Virus record (IMG/VR): IMGVR_UViG_3300036830_000043
Span: 1 to 53,260 of that record
Strand: one strand, 5' to 3'
DNA length: 53,260 nt
From: a virus
Lineage: Duplodnaviria; Caudoviricetes
Shown: in pieces, positions 9,171 through 18,842 of the stretch
Layout: each line of letters opens with the position of its first letter
Position numbering within the stretch: the stretch's first letter is position 1
Translations under genes and position numbers: made by a program
Notes under the pieces: generated by a model
What the model saw: only the letters and a program-made list of their open reading frames with translations
Database searches by the model: none
Told to the model about the DNA's origin: nothing

Positions 9171-10126
9171 GGCCCTGGCTGCGATGGCGGGTAGCAAGTC
9201 ATGTCGGTGAACCAATTGGCGCTAGGCTCCAACTGGTCAATGGTATTGGTGAGTGGGCCTATAATCCAATCACCATCTGCCAGGCTGTTCAAGTCTTTGG
9301 AGAAGCCGGGCGACGTGTCCACAACCACATCGCTGCCCACGATGGTCAGCGGTGCCTTGGTGCGGAACGCGGGATTGTAGAAGCTGCGCACTTGCAAATA
9401 TCCGTTCCCCAAAACCTTGGGATACCCCACTAGGCCCGATGACGGGGATAGCGTGAAGCGCGCAATACTCAATGGGGAACCCTTGGGTGAAATAATTATT
9501 AGGTTTTGGTTTTGGTCCCAAGTGAAGTCAATGTTGGCAGCCTTCGCCACGGTGCGAAGTTGCTCCGATAGCGTGCCCGCCAAATATTGTTTGGTCAGCG
9601 TGCCGGTCACTCCGTTGTTCTGGTACGCGGCGCCGATCTTTTGCGCGATAGTGCTGACGATGCTGTCAACCGTGGCCGTGCCCGGGTAGCTGGTGGGATT
9701 CACCGGGTTGAGCAAGTCGAAGCCGCCCGTGATGGCGCTCACGTCCAAGCACGCGTTGGGAGCCGCATCGTAGTCCGGGCCTGCCGTCACTATCTGCCCG
9801 GCAAACACCGTGGACCATCCCGCGGGTTGGCCGCTGCTGTTGGCCTCAATGAGCACGGAGTTGAAGAAGTAGCCGGGCTTGCCGCCATCGACGGTGACCA
9901 CGGCCAGCGCATTCATGTCCGCTTGGGCCATGCCGTAAATCTTCAGCGTGGCTTCGGGGAAGGCGGGCACGCCAGCACCCTTGATGATTGCGCGCATGCG
10001 CAAGCCCGTGAGGGTCAACACGTTGTTGTTGGTGCCCGCGAACACGGCGCCACTGTTGGTCAGCGTGAAGGTCACCCGCATTTGTTTGGCGGTGAAGCTA
10101 GCCTGCGGCAAGGTCGGATGCCTCAA
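9167..10126 (-). CDS. Baseplate hub protein
   Basis: LKIYGM, VFAGQI, GLVGYP motifs; synteny; start uncertain. Confidence 0.75.
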   Translation of the reverse strand: MRHPTLPQASFTAKQMRVTFTLTNSGAVFAGTNNNVLTLTGLRMRAIIKGAGVPAFPEATLKIYGMAQADMNALAVVTVDGGKPGYFFNSVLIEANSSGQPAGWSTVFAGQIVTAGPDYDAAPNACLDVSAITGGFDLLNPVNPTSYPGTATVDSIVSTIAQKIGAAYQNNGVTGTLTKQYLAGTLSEQLRTVAKAANIDFTWDQNQNLIIISPKGSPLSIARFTLSPSSGLVGYPKVLGNGYLQVRSFYNPAFRTKAPLTIVGSDVVVDTSPGFSKDLNSLADGDWIIGPLTNTIDQLEPSANWFTDMTCYPPSQPGP

Positions 10127-10409
10127 GGTAGAGCAACTGCCAGCGCGAGCCTAGGCCGGTATACACCGGGTCACTGTTGCCCTGCGTGTCGATGACACCG
10201 AAGTCACCGATGAAGCCAAGGTATTGCCGATCAAGCAGCAGCCGCGCGCCTTCGACGCAACGCACAGCAGTGGTGATGGGTTTGCCGTTGACGGTCAGGT
10301 CCATGTATATGCCGGTGGTCTTCTGGTACACAGCTAGTTGGCAATTCTGTCCGGCCAAGGTGATGGCGAAAGTCTGCGAAGGCACAGCGCTCAAGGGCAT
10401 CTGCAACAT
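10098..10409 (-). CDS. Small baseplate protein
   Basis: P..AVPSQTF...DPVYTGLGSRWQLLY pattern; synteny. Confidence 0.7.
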   Translation of the reverse strand: MLQMPLSAVPSQTFAITLAGQNCQLAVYQKTTGIYMDLTVNGKPITTAVRCVEGARLLLDRQYLGFIGDFGVIDTQGNSDPVYTGLGSRWQLLYLEASDLAAG

Positions 10410-11134
10410 TAGAATGGCCCCCCGCCCACCAGCGCATCAGTCACGGCGGGATTATTAAAAAACGTGTCATCCGCCAGCATCACCGTGGCCGGTGCGGGTA
10501 TCTGTGGCTGCACCTGGCCCTGGTTGACGGCTGGCACGGCCGCGGGATTCTGCGCGTTCTCCGTTGGCTGCACAGTGGTGGTGCTGTATTGTGCCGTCAC
10601 TTCGATAATCTGCCTAAAGTGCATTTCCACATCATCTAGCCAGTACGCACCATCCTTGCCACGGCGCGTCACTTCGTAGTGAATCGCGTTGCAATTCAAG
10701 TAGGTCTTCTCCGGGGTCACGATGGTGTACAGTTCCGTGGAGGCCGCGACCTGCGCCACTTCGTTCAAGAATTGCGTGCGGTCATCGACAGTGCCGCCCG
10801 ATGTCATCTTGATGGCAATCTCAAACGGCAACGTGACCTTGTTATAGCTTGCGAACTGCCCTTGCTGCACGGGGAAATCACTGACGCGATATTCCTGCCG
10901 GTTGCTGAAGTCAATGATGGAGTCCGGTGTCAACACCGGGTTGTTGTCCGCGTCGAACACTCCCCAAATGGGAGCGGCCTGCGCGGCTTGCCACAGTACA
11001 CCGTTCTGCGCAGGCGGCAGCACTGGCGGTGCTGAAGGCGTTTGAACAGCGCCAGCTTGTCGAAGCAATTGCGGCACGCCCGGTGCAAAGGGCACGTTAG
11101 GAAATTGCGGCACGGGTATATTGGGGAATGGCAT
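10409..11134 (-). CDS. Tail tube initiator or Dit-like baseplate protein
   Basis: DFPVQQGQFASYNKV motif; follows the tape measure gene. Confidence 0.7.
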   Translation of the reverse strand: MPFPNIPVPQFPNVPFAPGVPQLLRQAGAVQTPSAPPVLPPAQNGVLWQAAQAAPIWGVFDADNNPVLTPDSIIDFSNRQEYRVSDFPVQQGQFASYNKVTLPFEIAIKMTSGGTVDDRTQFLNEVAQVAASTELYTIVTPEKTYLNCNAIHYEVTRRGKDGAYWLDDVEMHFRQIIEVTAQYSTTTVQPTENAQNPAAVPAVNQGQVQPQIPAPATVMLADDTFFNNPAVTDALVGGGPF

Positions 11135-12666
11135 TAGCTTTGCCCCACTGCTGCCTGGCTCACGGACATTTTGCGCTCAATCGCAGCGGGCACCATCATG
11201 GCGATAGCTGCGGGGCTCGCGCCCGGGCCGGGGTAGATGTTGATGCTGCCCACGTCCACATCGGTGCTGTGGCTACTTCCGGCCCCGCCAGCGTTTGGCG
11301 TTGGGCCATCGAGCACGTGCGACAAATAGGCGCTGGTTTCTGCGGGCAACGTTTTCTTCCCCGCGAGCACTTTGCGGATGTTGCCTTGGCCATCGTTGTA
11401 CGCAGCAACAGCCGTGGCCCAATCACCGAACACTTCATGAAGCCGTTTGATTTCCGCACCGGCCACAGCTATCTGTTGTTCCGGGGTCATCGAGGCAGCA
11501 CCCTTGAAGACGTTGGGCATCAACTGCATCAAGCCCACGGCGCCAGCCTTAGAGCGCGTTTGCCCGCTGATGATATCCGGGCGAAAGTGGGATTCTTGCT
11601 GTGCGATGCGCGCTAGCAATCCCGTGGGTATGCCAAGCGCCGCTTCTGTTGCTGCAATCTTCGCGAGTAAGTCCGCGCGCTGCACCGGGTCCGGGGTCTG
11701 CGCATATGCGCGATTGGCTTCCTTGAATGCGTTGGCCACGCCCGTAGTAAATTGATTCCAGTAGCCACCGGCAGGAGCGGTCGGACGGTCGAACGCACCA
11801 GGACCAGCGGGCGCATTCTTTGCCTTCTGTTTCTTGGCCTCAATGCCCTTGAACCAATCATCAATGCCGGACATCGCGCGGCTGGTCACGTCTATTGTCT
11901 TTTCCCACGCGCTAATCAGTCCGGGTGATATCTCTGTCAAGAAGGATTGGAAGGCGCCTTTTTCCGTTTGCAGCACAGCGTTCCATTGCTTCTGCAATTC
12001 CGCGGCTTCCTTCGTGCTGGCTTCTGTGATGGCGTTGTTGCGCTCCGCGAGTTGCTGCAATTCCACGCGGGCCTTCTTCTCCATCGTCAGGTAATTTATC
12101 TCACCTTCGGACAGGCCAGCGTTGCGGAACATCGTGGCTTGATACACTCGGCCATACTGTGCTGTCTTGTCGGCCAGGTCTTCGAGAATGTCACCTTGAT
12201 TGCGCAGGTTGCCGTTGGCATCGCGGATGGATACACCGCGAGCGCGCAGGAACGTCAGCAGCGGGCCGGTAGCTCCGGTCACCTGTTGCTGTGAAAATTC
12301 TTGTGTGATTTTGGCAAAGGCGCTCTGCGCGTCTTCAGCCTTGCCGCCGTTCAACTCCACGGCCTGGCCCCACTTGTTCAATTCGTGGGCGTTCATTCCG
12401 ATGTTGCGCGCAAAGCGGCCTAGGTCAGCTTCACCCTTGTTGAGCCCGCCAAGGAATTTCACAAAGCCGGTGGCGCCCTCGAAACCAAGGAACATGGCCG
12501 CGATATCGAGGCCAAGCCGGTTGAACTGCTTGCCGATGTCTTCAGTGGCCTGCTTATTTTTGCGCTTCGTTTCTTCAAGCGACTTTCCGGCTTCCTGCTG
12601 ACCCTTCTTGTAGTTGGTCGCATCTATGCCGAAGGTAACCAACAGGGCATCAATTATGGTGGCCAC
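11134..12666 (-). CDS. Tape measure protein with a C-terminal lytic transglycosylase (SLT) domain
   Basis: QES, GAVGLMQLMP and AAYNDG motifs after a helical N-terminal region. Confidence 0.88.
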   Translation of the reverse strand: MATIIDALLVTFGIDATNYKKGQQEAGKSLEETKRKNKQATEDIGKQFNRLGLDIAAMFLGFEGATGFVKFLGGLNKGEADLGRFARNIGMNAHELNKWGQAVELNGGKAEDAQSAFAKITQEFSQQQVTGATGPLLTFLRARGVSIRDANGNLRNQGDILEDLADKTAQYGRVYQATMFRNAGLSEGEINYLTMEKKARVELQQLAERNNAITEASTKEAAELQKQWNAVLQTEKGAFQSFLTEISPGLISAWEKTIDVTSRAMSGIDDWFKGIEAKKQKAKNAPAGPGAFDRPTAPAGGYWNQFTTGVANAFKEANRAYAQTPDPVQRADLLAKIAATEAALGIPTGLLARIAQQESHFRPDIISGQTRSKAGAVGLMQLMPNVFKGAASMTPEQQIAVAGAEIKRLHEVFGDWATAVAAYNDGQGNIRKVLAGKKTLPAETSAYLSHVLDGPTPNAGGAGSSHSTDVDVGSINIYPGPGASPAAIAMMVPAAIERKMSVSQAAVGQS

Positions 12667-12895
12667 GTGTCTTCTGCGCCTCGCGCCTGTTGTGTGAATC
12701 TACCGCTATAAGCTCCGCAAGGTCATAGGCATCACGGACACCATAGACGGTTTGCAACTCATTAAGGGTAGCATGTTCGCTGCTGACAATCATGCCAATC
12801 AGCGGGGGGAAATTTTCGTAGTTGGTCAGCCCGCGCGCACGTGCGGCGAATGAATCCGCCCCTAGGTCGGGGTGGACGCGGGCAACGAAAAACCC
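12650..12895 (-). CDS. Tail assembly chaperone C-terminal extension (probably reached by a -1 frameshift)
   Basis: ATLNELQTVYGVRDAYDLAE motif in the -1 frame relative to 12862-13290. Confidence 0.65.
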   Translation of the reverse strand, partial: GFFVARVHPDLGADSFAARARGLTNYENFPPLIGMIVSSEHATLNELQTVYGVRDAYDLAELIAVDSHNRREAQKTRGHHN

Positions 12896-13290
12896 GTGTG
12901 AAGCACGAACAGCGCGCGTTGCAGCGTGTAGAAGGTCTTGATTTCCTCCACGCAGCACTTCGGTCCCGGCAAGATGGATTGGAGCGGCTGCCCCTGCTGG
13001 TGTTCGTATTTCGCGCACATCAGCATTTCATCAAGCAAGCCCTGTATAACGTCGCTGTTGGCTCGAAGCAATCCGACGAAGGCCAGACCAGCCAGCGCAG
13101 CAAAGCCGCCCTTAAGCTGTTCCGGGTCGATGTGCATACCGCTTGAGCCGAGTGCCTGCAACGCCCTGGTGGCCCATCGTTGGCCGTTGTAGGCATCCAT
13201 CTCCGTCAATACGAAGGTCTTGCCGTTGTCGCGTTCACCGTGAGCTTCTTGCCGCACGCCCGGAATCGTCAGCCGTTCCGTGAGGCGCAT
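12862..13290 (-). CDS. Tail assembly chaperone
   Basis: RDNGKTFVLTEM motif; lies between the tube and tape measure genes. Confidence 0.8.
   Translation of the reverse strand: MRLTERLTIPGVRQEAHGERDNGKTFVLTEMDAYNGQRWATRALQALGSSGMHIDPEQLKGGFAALAGLAFVGLLRANSDVIQGLLDEMLMCAKYEHQQGQPLQSILPGPKCCVEEIKTFYTLQRALFVLHTGFSLPASTPT
12889..12895 (-). other. Programmed -1 frameshift slippery heptamer G GGT TTT
   Basis: XXXYYYZ in the correct phase near the end of the chaperone gene; the -1 frame is open to 12650. Confidence 0.75.
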
Positions 13291-13721
13291 TACTCGAACG
13301 CCACGCTGACCGACTGCCAGGTGATTTCATAGGTCTGCGCTTCCAACAGTTTCTTGACATCTGGCAGCGGCTTCGCGCGGGTCAAGGTGCCCTTGGTCAA
13401 CGTGACAATCTTGCCCACCGCGGGCAGGATGATGGTGCCACTGGCAAAGAAAACTTCGCGCACCGTGTCCATGGCTTGGCGCCACTGGTCGAACACAAAA
13501 ATGGCGTCGCTATCGGCTTGCAGGTGAATCATCTGCTTGAACAAATACGGGGTGTAGCCCGCGGACATGATGGCGTCCACGCCAAGTTTGGCTTCCGTGG
13601 GCACCACATCTTCGTTGTCAAACGCGTCATCCGTCGCGTAGCCCTCAAGGGGTTGATCCACGGAGAACACCCCCGGGATGCGCAGGACAAATTCGCTATT
13701 GGCGGCTGTAATCGTGGCCAT
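13290..13721 (-). CDS. Tail tube protein
   Basis: TITAANS..LEGYATDDAF..LQADS motifs; follows the sheath gene. Confidence 0.85.
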   Translation of the reverse strand: MATITAANSEFVLRIPGVFSVDQPLEGYATDDAFDNEDVVPTEAKLGVDAIMSAGYTPYLFKQMIHLQADSDAIFVFDQWRQAMDTVREVFFASGTIILPAVGKIVTLTKGTLTRAKPLPDVKKLLEAQTYEITWQSVSVAFE

Positions 13722-13732
13722 GAGTCAAGCTC

Positions 13733-15256
13733 CTATTGAACGTCGATTGACGCAAGGTCAAGTGATTGGATGCTGCCGCCGTCCGTGTACCAGAACGTCA
13801 TGGGCGGGCTGCCGCGCGCGGTGCGCACGTTGGGCTGCGCATCGAGAATTTGCAGATACCAGCCAGTCTGCTGCAACGTGGTGGCGATGTTCACACCGGC
13901 CGCGTTGTTAACTTCGGCAATCTGTGCCGCCGACAAGTTGACGCCAGCAACGATGCTGCCGAAATTCAGCCCCGCGTTGATGGGGTCCGAGAAGGCAGAG
14001 CGTATGAGCGCCTTGCCGCGTTGCGCATATGGCAGTGCCGGTATTTGCTTCAGCAGGTTCATGCCCGCTTGCTGCAACTGGCTGTTGAGATAAATTTGAT
14101 TCAGGTAGGCGTTGGCCCACAAGAATTCACCGGAGATGCTGCCCGGCTGGTATTCCTGAAACTGCTGCGTGCTGGTCGCAAAGCTGCAATAGGCGTTGTA
14201 CCCATTGGCCTTCAGGTTGGTGTACGTGGTGATGTCGGTCACCTGCGGCACCAGGCCCGCTTGGCCACGGAAGGCTGCGGTGGTATTGCCGTTGGTGGCC
14301 GTCAAATTGATTGAGGCCGCATAGGCGCAGAAGAAGGCAGCGATGGCGCCCGGGACCGTGTTGAAGAGCCCGTTGTCATAGATGACTTCAATGCCGTCCA
14401 TCTCCGCAGCCGCCACTATGTTGCCGAAACTGCCGGTGGCGTTCGGGTTCGTGGTGGGGCTCGCATCCGAGTCCTGGCACGCGTAGGCATACCGCTTGTT
14501 GGTAGTTTGCACCCACGCGGCGAAGGCTTCTTTGACGGTCAAAATCTGTTCCGCCACGGTCATGAACACGGCCCAGTTCTGCTGCGCGCCCGCGATGGTG
14601 GCCATGAGGGTGGCCGGGACTGCCGTGACGGCGCCCGCCGACTGCACGGCACCGGCCGCTGCGGTCAGATTCAAGCCCGTGGTCAGGCTATCGACCGTTG
14701 GGAAGCCAATGGAGCTTGAAGCGCCAGTGGTGGGCGACGTGACCACGAAAGCCGCGCGGAGCGCGTCATAGGTCACCGTGGCCGTGTTGTTGGGCGTGCC
14801 GCCCTGTAGCGCGGTCTGAATGAGCGCCGCAGCGTTGCTGAAGCTGCTGGCGGCTGAAAGGTTGATGGCTTCGGACACCGTTGACACACCGTCGATGGTC
14901 AGCGTGATGGTGCCCGCCAATCCTTGAATCTGCGTCAAGGTCTTGGCCGCAACACTCGCGCCCCGCAGGTAGCCAGCTACCGCGGCGCCGTTGAACTGCG
15001 CGAAGTAGAGCACGGCCGGGATTTGCGTGGAAATGTCCGTGCCACTGAAGTAGATGTTGGCCAACAGAGTTTCGGGGGCTTGCGAGCCGAACCACGCAGC
15101 CACCGCAGCGGCACTGGCGAAGGCTTGCACAGTCCCAATGGGGATGGAAGTGTCAGCGGTCAGGAAGACGCTGTTAAGCGCCAGCGGGGTGCCGCCAGGG
15201 GACAACACACCGGGGAGAACTGCCACAAGGGCTGATGCTGGAATAGAATTAGGCAT
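13733..15256 (-). CDS. Tail sheath protein (DUF3383-like)
   Basis: IPAS..V.VLPGV N-terminus; R.SPPMTFWYTDGGSIQ C-terminus. Confidence 0.9.
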   Translation of the reverse strand: MPNSIPASALVAVLPGVLSPGGTPLALNSVFLTADTSIPIGTVQAFASAAAVAAWFGSQAPETLLANIYFSGTDISTQIPAVLYFAQFNGAAVAGYLRGASVAAKTLTQIQGLAGTITLTIDGVSTVSEAINLSAASSFSNAAALIQTALQGGTPNNTATVTYDALRAAFVVTSPTTGASSSIGFPTVDSLTTGLNLTAAAGAVQSAGAVTAVPATLMATIAGAQQNWAVFMTVAEQILTVKEAFAAWVQTTNKRYAYACQDSDASPTTNPNATGSFGNIVAAAEMDGIEVIYDNGLFNTVPGAIAAFFCAYAASINLTATNGNTTAAFRGQAGLVPQVTDITTYTNLKANGYNAYCSFATSTQQFQEYQPGSISGEFLWANAYLNQIYLNSQLQQAGMNLLKQIPALPYAQRGKALIRSAFSDPINAGLNFGSIVAGVNLSAAQIAEVNNAAGVNIATTLQQTGWYLQILDAQPNVRTARGSPPMTFWYTDGGSIQSLDLASIDVQ

Positions 15257-15268
15257 GGGTCAGACTTC

Positions 15269-15808
15269 CTAGGGCGGATATGTGGCATCGACTTCAATCA
15301 CGTCAACTGTGAGTGTATCCGCAAATTGCTGCGGAGTCACTACCACTGAATTGACCTGCAATTGGAGGGTTACCACCCAACGGTCTTCATACTGCGCTTC
15401 AGCATCCACCAAAGGCATGCGCCGCGGGTCATCGGCATAGAAGGGTTGGCAGGTGGTGAGGGCGTCACAGCCCACTTCAGAACGCAGCAGCGTGCTTAAA
15501 ATGTCCGACCACTCGGACGCGCTTGGACCGTAGCAATCAATCTGCATAGTCCACATCTGCGGCTGCATGTAGGTCACATCAGTGGGGTCATCAATGGTTT
15601 GGTCCCACGCCAGCGAGTTGGTCCCCAAACGCTTCTTGGCGGTGACCGTCAGAAGTACAAAGCCAGCCGACGCAGGCGTGGGCATCGCCACACGATTCTG
15701 GTATCCCTGAATGACGGTGACGCCAACGGCCAAGCCAAGCTGCGCCGCGACGAAGGCCGCAACGTCGGCATACACGGTGTCAGCGGCAGGGGTTACGCTT
15801 GGAGGCAT
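15269..15808 (-). CDS. Tail completion or neck protein
   Basis: QIDCYGP and QYEDRW motifs; synteny. Confidence 0.7.
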   Translation of the reverse strand: MPPSVTPAADTVYADVAAFVAAQLGLAVGVTVIQGYQNRVAMPTPASAGFVLLTVTAKKRLGTNSLAWDQTIDDPTDVTYMQPQMWTMQIDCYGPSASEWSDILSTLLRSEVGCDALTTCQPFYADDPRRMPLVDAEAQYEDRWVVTLQLQVNSVVVTPQQFADTLTVDVIEVDATYPP

Positions 15809-16182
15809 ACCAACACCCTACACCATTCCGGCCAAGTCTCCATCACTGATACCACTTTCCAAGTTTGCGTCACGCTCGATGGCGTTTGCTTGAACGTCAG
15901 CAGGTCACCGCCTTGCTGCGTCGGCCGCACCACGCCTTCAGTGTTGCCGTACATGTGGACGCTGCGAAAAACGCCCGTCAGGTTCATATTGTTGATGTGC
16001 TGCAAATCGCTGTACTTCAACGGTTGCGATTGAATCTTGACCGGCACCGCGGTGGCGAAGGTCGGCGTTTGCTTGCCGGACGCGTTGGGCGTGTTGCCGG
16101 TGCTCGCTTGGAAGCTGGCCGCAATGTCATTGTTGACCGACGTGATGGCACCGCGGACGGTGGCGTGCATGTTGATGCCCAT
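15793..16182 (-). CDS. Head-tail adaptor or closure protein
   Basis: GVVRPTQQGGDLL..WKVVSVMETWPEW; synteny. Confidence 0.7.
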   Translation of the reverse strand: MGINMHATVRGAITSVNNDIAASFQASTGNTPNASGKQTPTFATAVPVKIQSQPLKYSDLQHINNMNLTGVFRSVHMYGNTEGVVRPTQQGGDLLTFKQTPSSVTQTWKVVSVMETWPEWCRVLVCLQA

Positions 16183-16748
16183 TATTTTTCAACCTTCCAC
16201 GCGGGGTTCCGCTGCAATACGCCTGTGTCAATTAAGGGCTTCGCGCGCGTGCCCGTGGCTCCCTTCTCGCCAGCAGCGACGCGCGCACGGGCTTCTGCCA
16301 CGGTGCGGCCGGTCACTATCAAGCTGCTGTCGTCATCCTTCATCTTGCGTAGCATCAGGGTCACTTCACTCAACGGGGTCACGGCGGTTTCCACAATGGA
16401 TTCCACCAGTTCATCAGTCATGCGCTGGCCCATTAAGTCTAGCGCCTTTGCAGAATCGTAGTCATACAACTTGAGGGCCTTGCCCATCAGCGGCCCCCAC
16501 GTGGGTGACTTCTTCGCAATCATCGGTTGGAACGTCGGCCGCGCGGGCTCCGTGGTGGTGCCGAATTCTGCCCACGCTGCAACCTGCGCAATGGGTGTAT
16601 CCGTCTCCGGGTAGGTGGCACGGTGGCCGCTATCCTGCGTCTGGAGATGGCCGACCTTGACGAACTTGCCTTTACGAACGTTGGCGCCGATGTGCTCCAA
16701 GACCTTGATGGCTCGCTTGCCACCAGTCATCTTGGACTTGACGGCCAC
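16182..16748 (-). CDS. Neck or tail morphogenesis protein (HK97 gp10-like)
   Basis: EFGT..PARP and KPLIDTG motifs; GTG start chosen just after the upstream stop. Confidence 0.75.
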   Translation of the reverse strand: MAVKSKMTGGKRAIKVLEHIGANVRKGKFVKVGHLQTQDSGHRATYPETDTPIAQVAAWAEFGTTTEPARPTFQPMIAKKSPTWGPLMGKALKLYDYDSAKALDLMGQRMTDELVESIVETAVTPLSEVTLMLRKMKDDDSSLIVTGRTVAEARARVAAGEKGATGTRAKPLIDTGVLQRNPAWKVEK

Positions 16749-16750
16749 GA

Positions 16751-17239
16751 CTAAAACCCGCGGAAGATGGGGCCAATGGGTCCGTTGTTCTGCGGGCGCA
16801 CGTAGCGCATCGTGCGGTACTTCGCCGTGGACGCCCAAAACTCGGCGCCATACTTGGTTTGAATGTAATAGGCTTGATTCGCGTTGGGCGGGGCATCGTA
16901 CTCCGCAGCCACGGATACGCTGCCTTCTGTGGCCGATGCTACGCGACCAACCACACCCTGCGGCGGGTTCACGTTCCCGGCGCCATCGTTGGTGCCCTGG
17001 TTCAAGAAGGTGATGTGCGCCACCAGCAATTCCAGCAGCAATGCGCGCACGTTGGCATCGCACACCAGCGACTGGCAGGAGTTGTTCAACTGCAAAGTTG
17101 CGCGCGTGAAATTCCGGCCCAGCACCCCGGAGTCAATCCCGGCAAATTCCGGGTAATCCACGATGAACACAGCGGGGTCAAAGCTGACCACGCCATGCAC
17201 AGGCGGTGTGTTGACACACGGGGTGATGGGCTGGGACAT
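16751..17239 (-). CDS. Head-tail connector (DUF4054-like)
   Basis: F...YPEF, LVAH, GRVASATEGSVSV, QTKYG motifs. Confidence 0.8.
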   Translation of the reverse strand: MSQPITPCVNTPPVHGVVSFDPAVFIVDYPEFAGIDSGVLGRNFTRATLQLNNSCQSLVCDANVRALLLELLVAHITFLNQGTNDGAGNVNPPQGVVGRVASATEGSVSVAAEYDAPPNANQAYYIQTKYGAEFWASTAKYRTMRYVRPQNNGPIGPIFRGF

Positions 17240-17242
17240 GGC

Positions 17243-17716
17243 CTAGTCTTTCCGCACCGGAGTCTTGCCCAACTGCGGCCGACCTTCAACCGGCGCTTCC
17301 AAGATGTCCTTGGGCAGGTTGTTGGGGTCGATGGGCTCGAAGCCCGTGCGCAGCGATTCGACGGCCTGCAACACTGCCGTGGCTTCTGCCTTTTCGTCAG
17401 GCACCACAAAAATCAGGTTGTTTTTCCGCGCGGGATGCGCGTAGCCCATGCCGCCGCGGCTGGACTTCGTGGGCGGTGCAATCCAATCGTCCCACACTTG
17501 CTTCGGGATTTGCGTCAAGCCCGGCTCAGGGTTCAACGTGGCCACCGGCTGAATCGTCGGCGCCTTCTTTTGGAATTCCGCGTGCGTGCCGTTCAGCAGA
17601 ACGCGCGCATATTTCGGTCCGCGGATCGAAGCACCCCACACGCCTTCAACGTGTTCAATGCCGACTTCCAGCCAAATCCCGTGAGGGAGTTTGCAACCAA
17701 TCGTGATTAAATCCAT
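17243..17716 (-). CDS. Virion-associated hypothetical protein
   Basis: IGCKLPHG...TGFEPIDP pattern typical of this gene position. Confidence 0.6.
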   Translation of the reverse strand: MDLITIGCKLPHGIWLEVGIEHVEGVWGASIRGPKYARVLLNGTHAEFQKKAPTIQPVATLNPEPGLTQIPKQVWDDWIAPPTKSSRGGMGYAHPARKNNLIFVVPDEKAEATAVLQAVESLRTGFEPIDPNNLPKDILEAPVEGRPQLGKTPVRKD

Positions 17717-17758
17717 TGTCCTTACTCCATAGCTGTTGATGATGCGCTATATCGGCCG

Positions 17759-18289
17759 CTAGGCTCCGAAACGCGCGTTGGTAGAAACAATCGCCAAACA
17801 CCCTGGCGGTGCGTTGCTGCACACTACCCACGGTGTCAACTCTGCGTTGTCAGTCTCACCCGAAAGGGCGGCACCGTCAACCAGGGAAGCATAGACCGGC
17901 ATGCCTGTGTAGGCACCGCCAGCGAATCGTAGCCAGAAATCTCCGCGGGTCATCAGCGTAATGTTGATGCCTTGGCGGATGCGGAAAGCCCGCACCAGCG
18001 GGTCATAGAACTGCCAGGAGCGGCCGAAGCCGATGACCCCGGCGCCGTAACCCGACGCGAGCGGCAGCACCACGCCAATCTGGTCCTGGTCGCTGCTGCG
18101 GGTATTGGCGACTTGGTGGCTGGCATTGTTGCCCCAGCCGAAGCGCCCGGCGATGGTGCCGCCTGCTTGCGCTACGAAGCCACCCGCGGTGGGAGAGGCC
18201 GAAGGCATGCGGGCCTGGCCATTGATGAAGCGGGGAATACTGGCGAAAGCCCCCTCATACACCCCACCATCTGATAAACTATTCAGCAT
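17759..18289 (-). CDS. Capsid decoration protein paralog
   Basis: GDFASxNP-like GAFASIP, GRFGW, TLMTRGDFW and VYA motifs shared with 19900-20817. Confidence 0.7.
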   Translation of the reverse strand: MLNSLSDGGVYEGAFASIPRFINGQARMPSASPTAGGFVAQAGGTIAGRFGWGNNASHQVANTRSSDQDQIGVVLPLASGYGAGVIGFGRSWQFYDPLVRAFRIRQGINITLMTRGDFWLRFAGGAYTGMPVYASLVDGAALSGETDNAELTPWVVCSNAPPGCLAIVSTNARFGA

Positions 18290-18842
18290 GACAGCAACCA
18301 CCGGACAGACCAAAATACGTGAAGTCATCGACGCGGCGAAAGCTGCCGGACTGCTGCACTATTCCACTGGGCGACCGTGTAGCCGCGGGCATACGGCGCC
18401 GCGTCTGGTGAGCACTCAAAACTGCACGGAATGCAATCGAGAACAGAACGCTAAATACTACGATGCCAGGCCGGGGTATGCGACGGCCCGATACCGGAAA
18501 AATGCGAAGAGAGTGTGCGCGCAGAAGCGAGCGCGATATGCAATAAATCCACAGAAAGAACGGGACGCTGCCAAGCGGTGGAACAAACTCAATCTGCCTA
18601 GGGTTCTGGAAAGAAACGCACGGCGCCGCGCTTTGGAAAAGCGGGCTACTCCGAAATGGGCCAACAAACAAGAAATGATTCGCGCTTACGAAAAGGCTGC
18701 GGAGATGGGATTGACTGTGGACCATGTGGTGCCGCTTAAAAGCCCGTTGGTGTGTGGGCTGCACTGCGAGGCCAACTTGGAATTGATTCCGGCCAATGAC
18801 AACTTCCGCAAGGGAAACCGCCACTGGCCGGATATGCCTTAA
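18288..18842 (+). CDS. HNH homing endonuclease (antisense to the late operon)
   Basis: N-terminal TGRPCSRGH...CTEC zinc finger; C-terminal VDHVVPL...CGLH...NL...N..KGN. Confidence 0.88.
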   Translation: MTATTGQTKIREVIDAAKAAGLLHYSTGRPCSRGHTAPRLVSTQNCTECNREQNAKYYDARPGYATARYRKNAKRVCAQKRARYAINPQKERDAAKRWNKLNLPRVLERNARRRALEKRATPKWANKQEMIRAYEKAAEMGLTVDHVVPLKSPLVCGLHCEANLELIPANDNFRKGNRHWPDMP

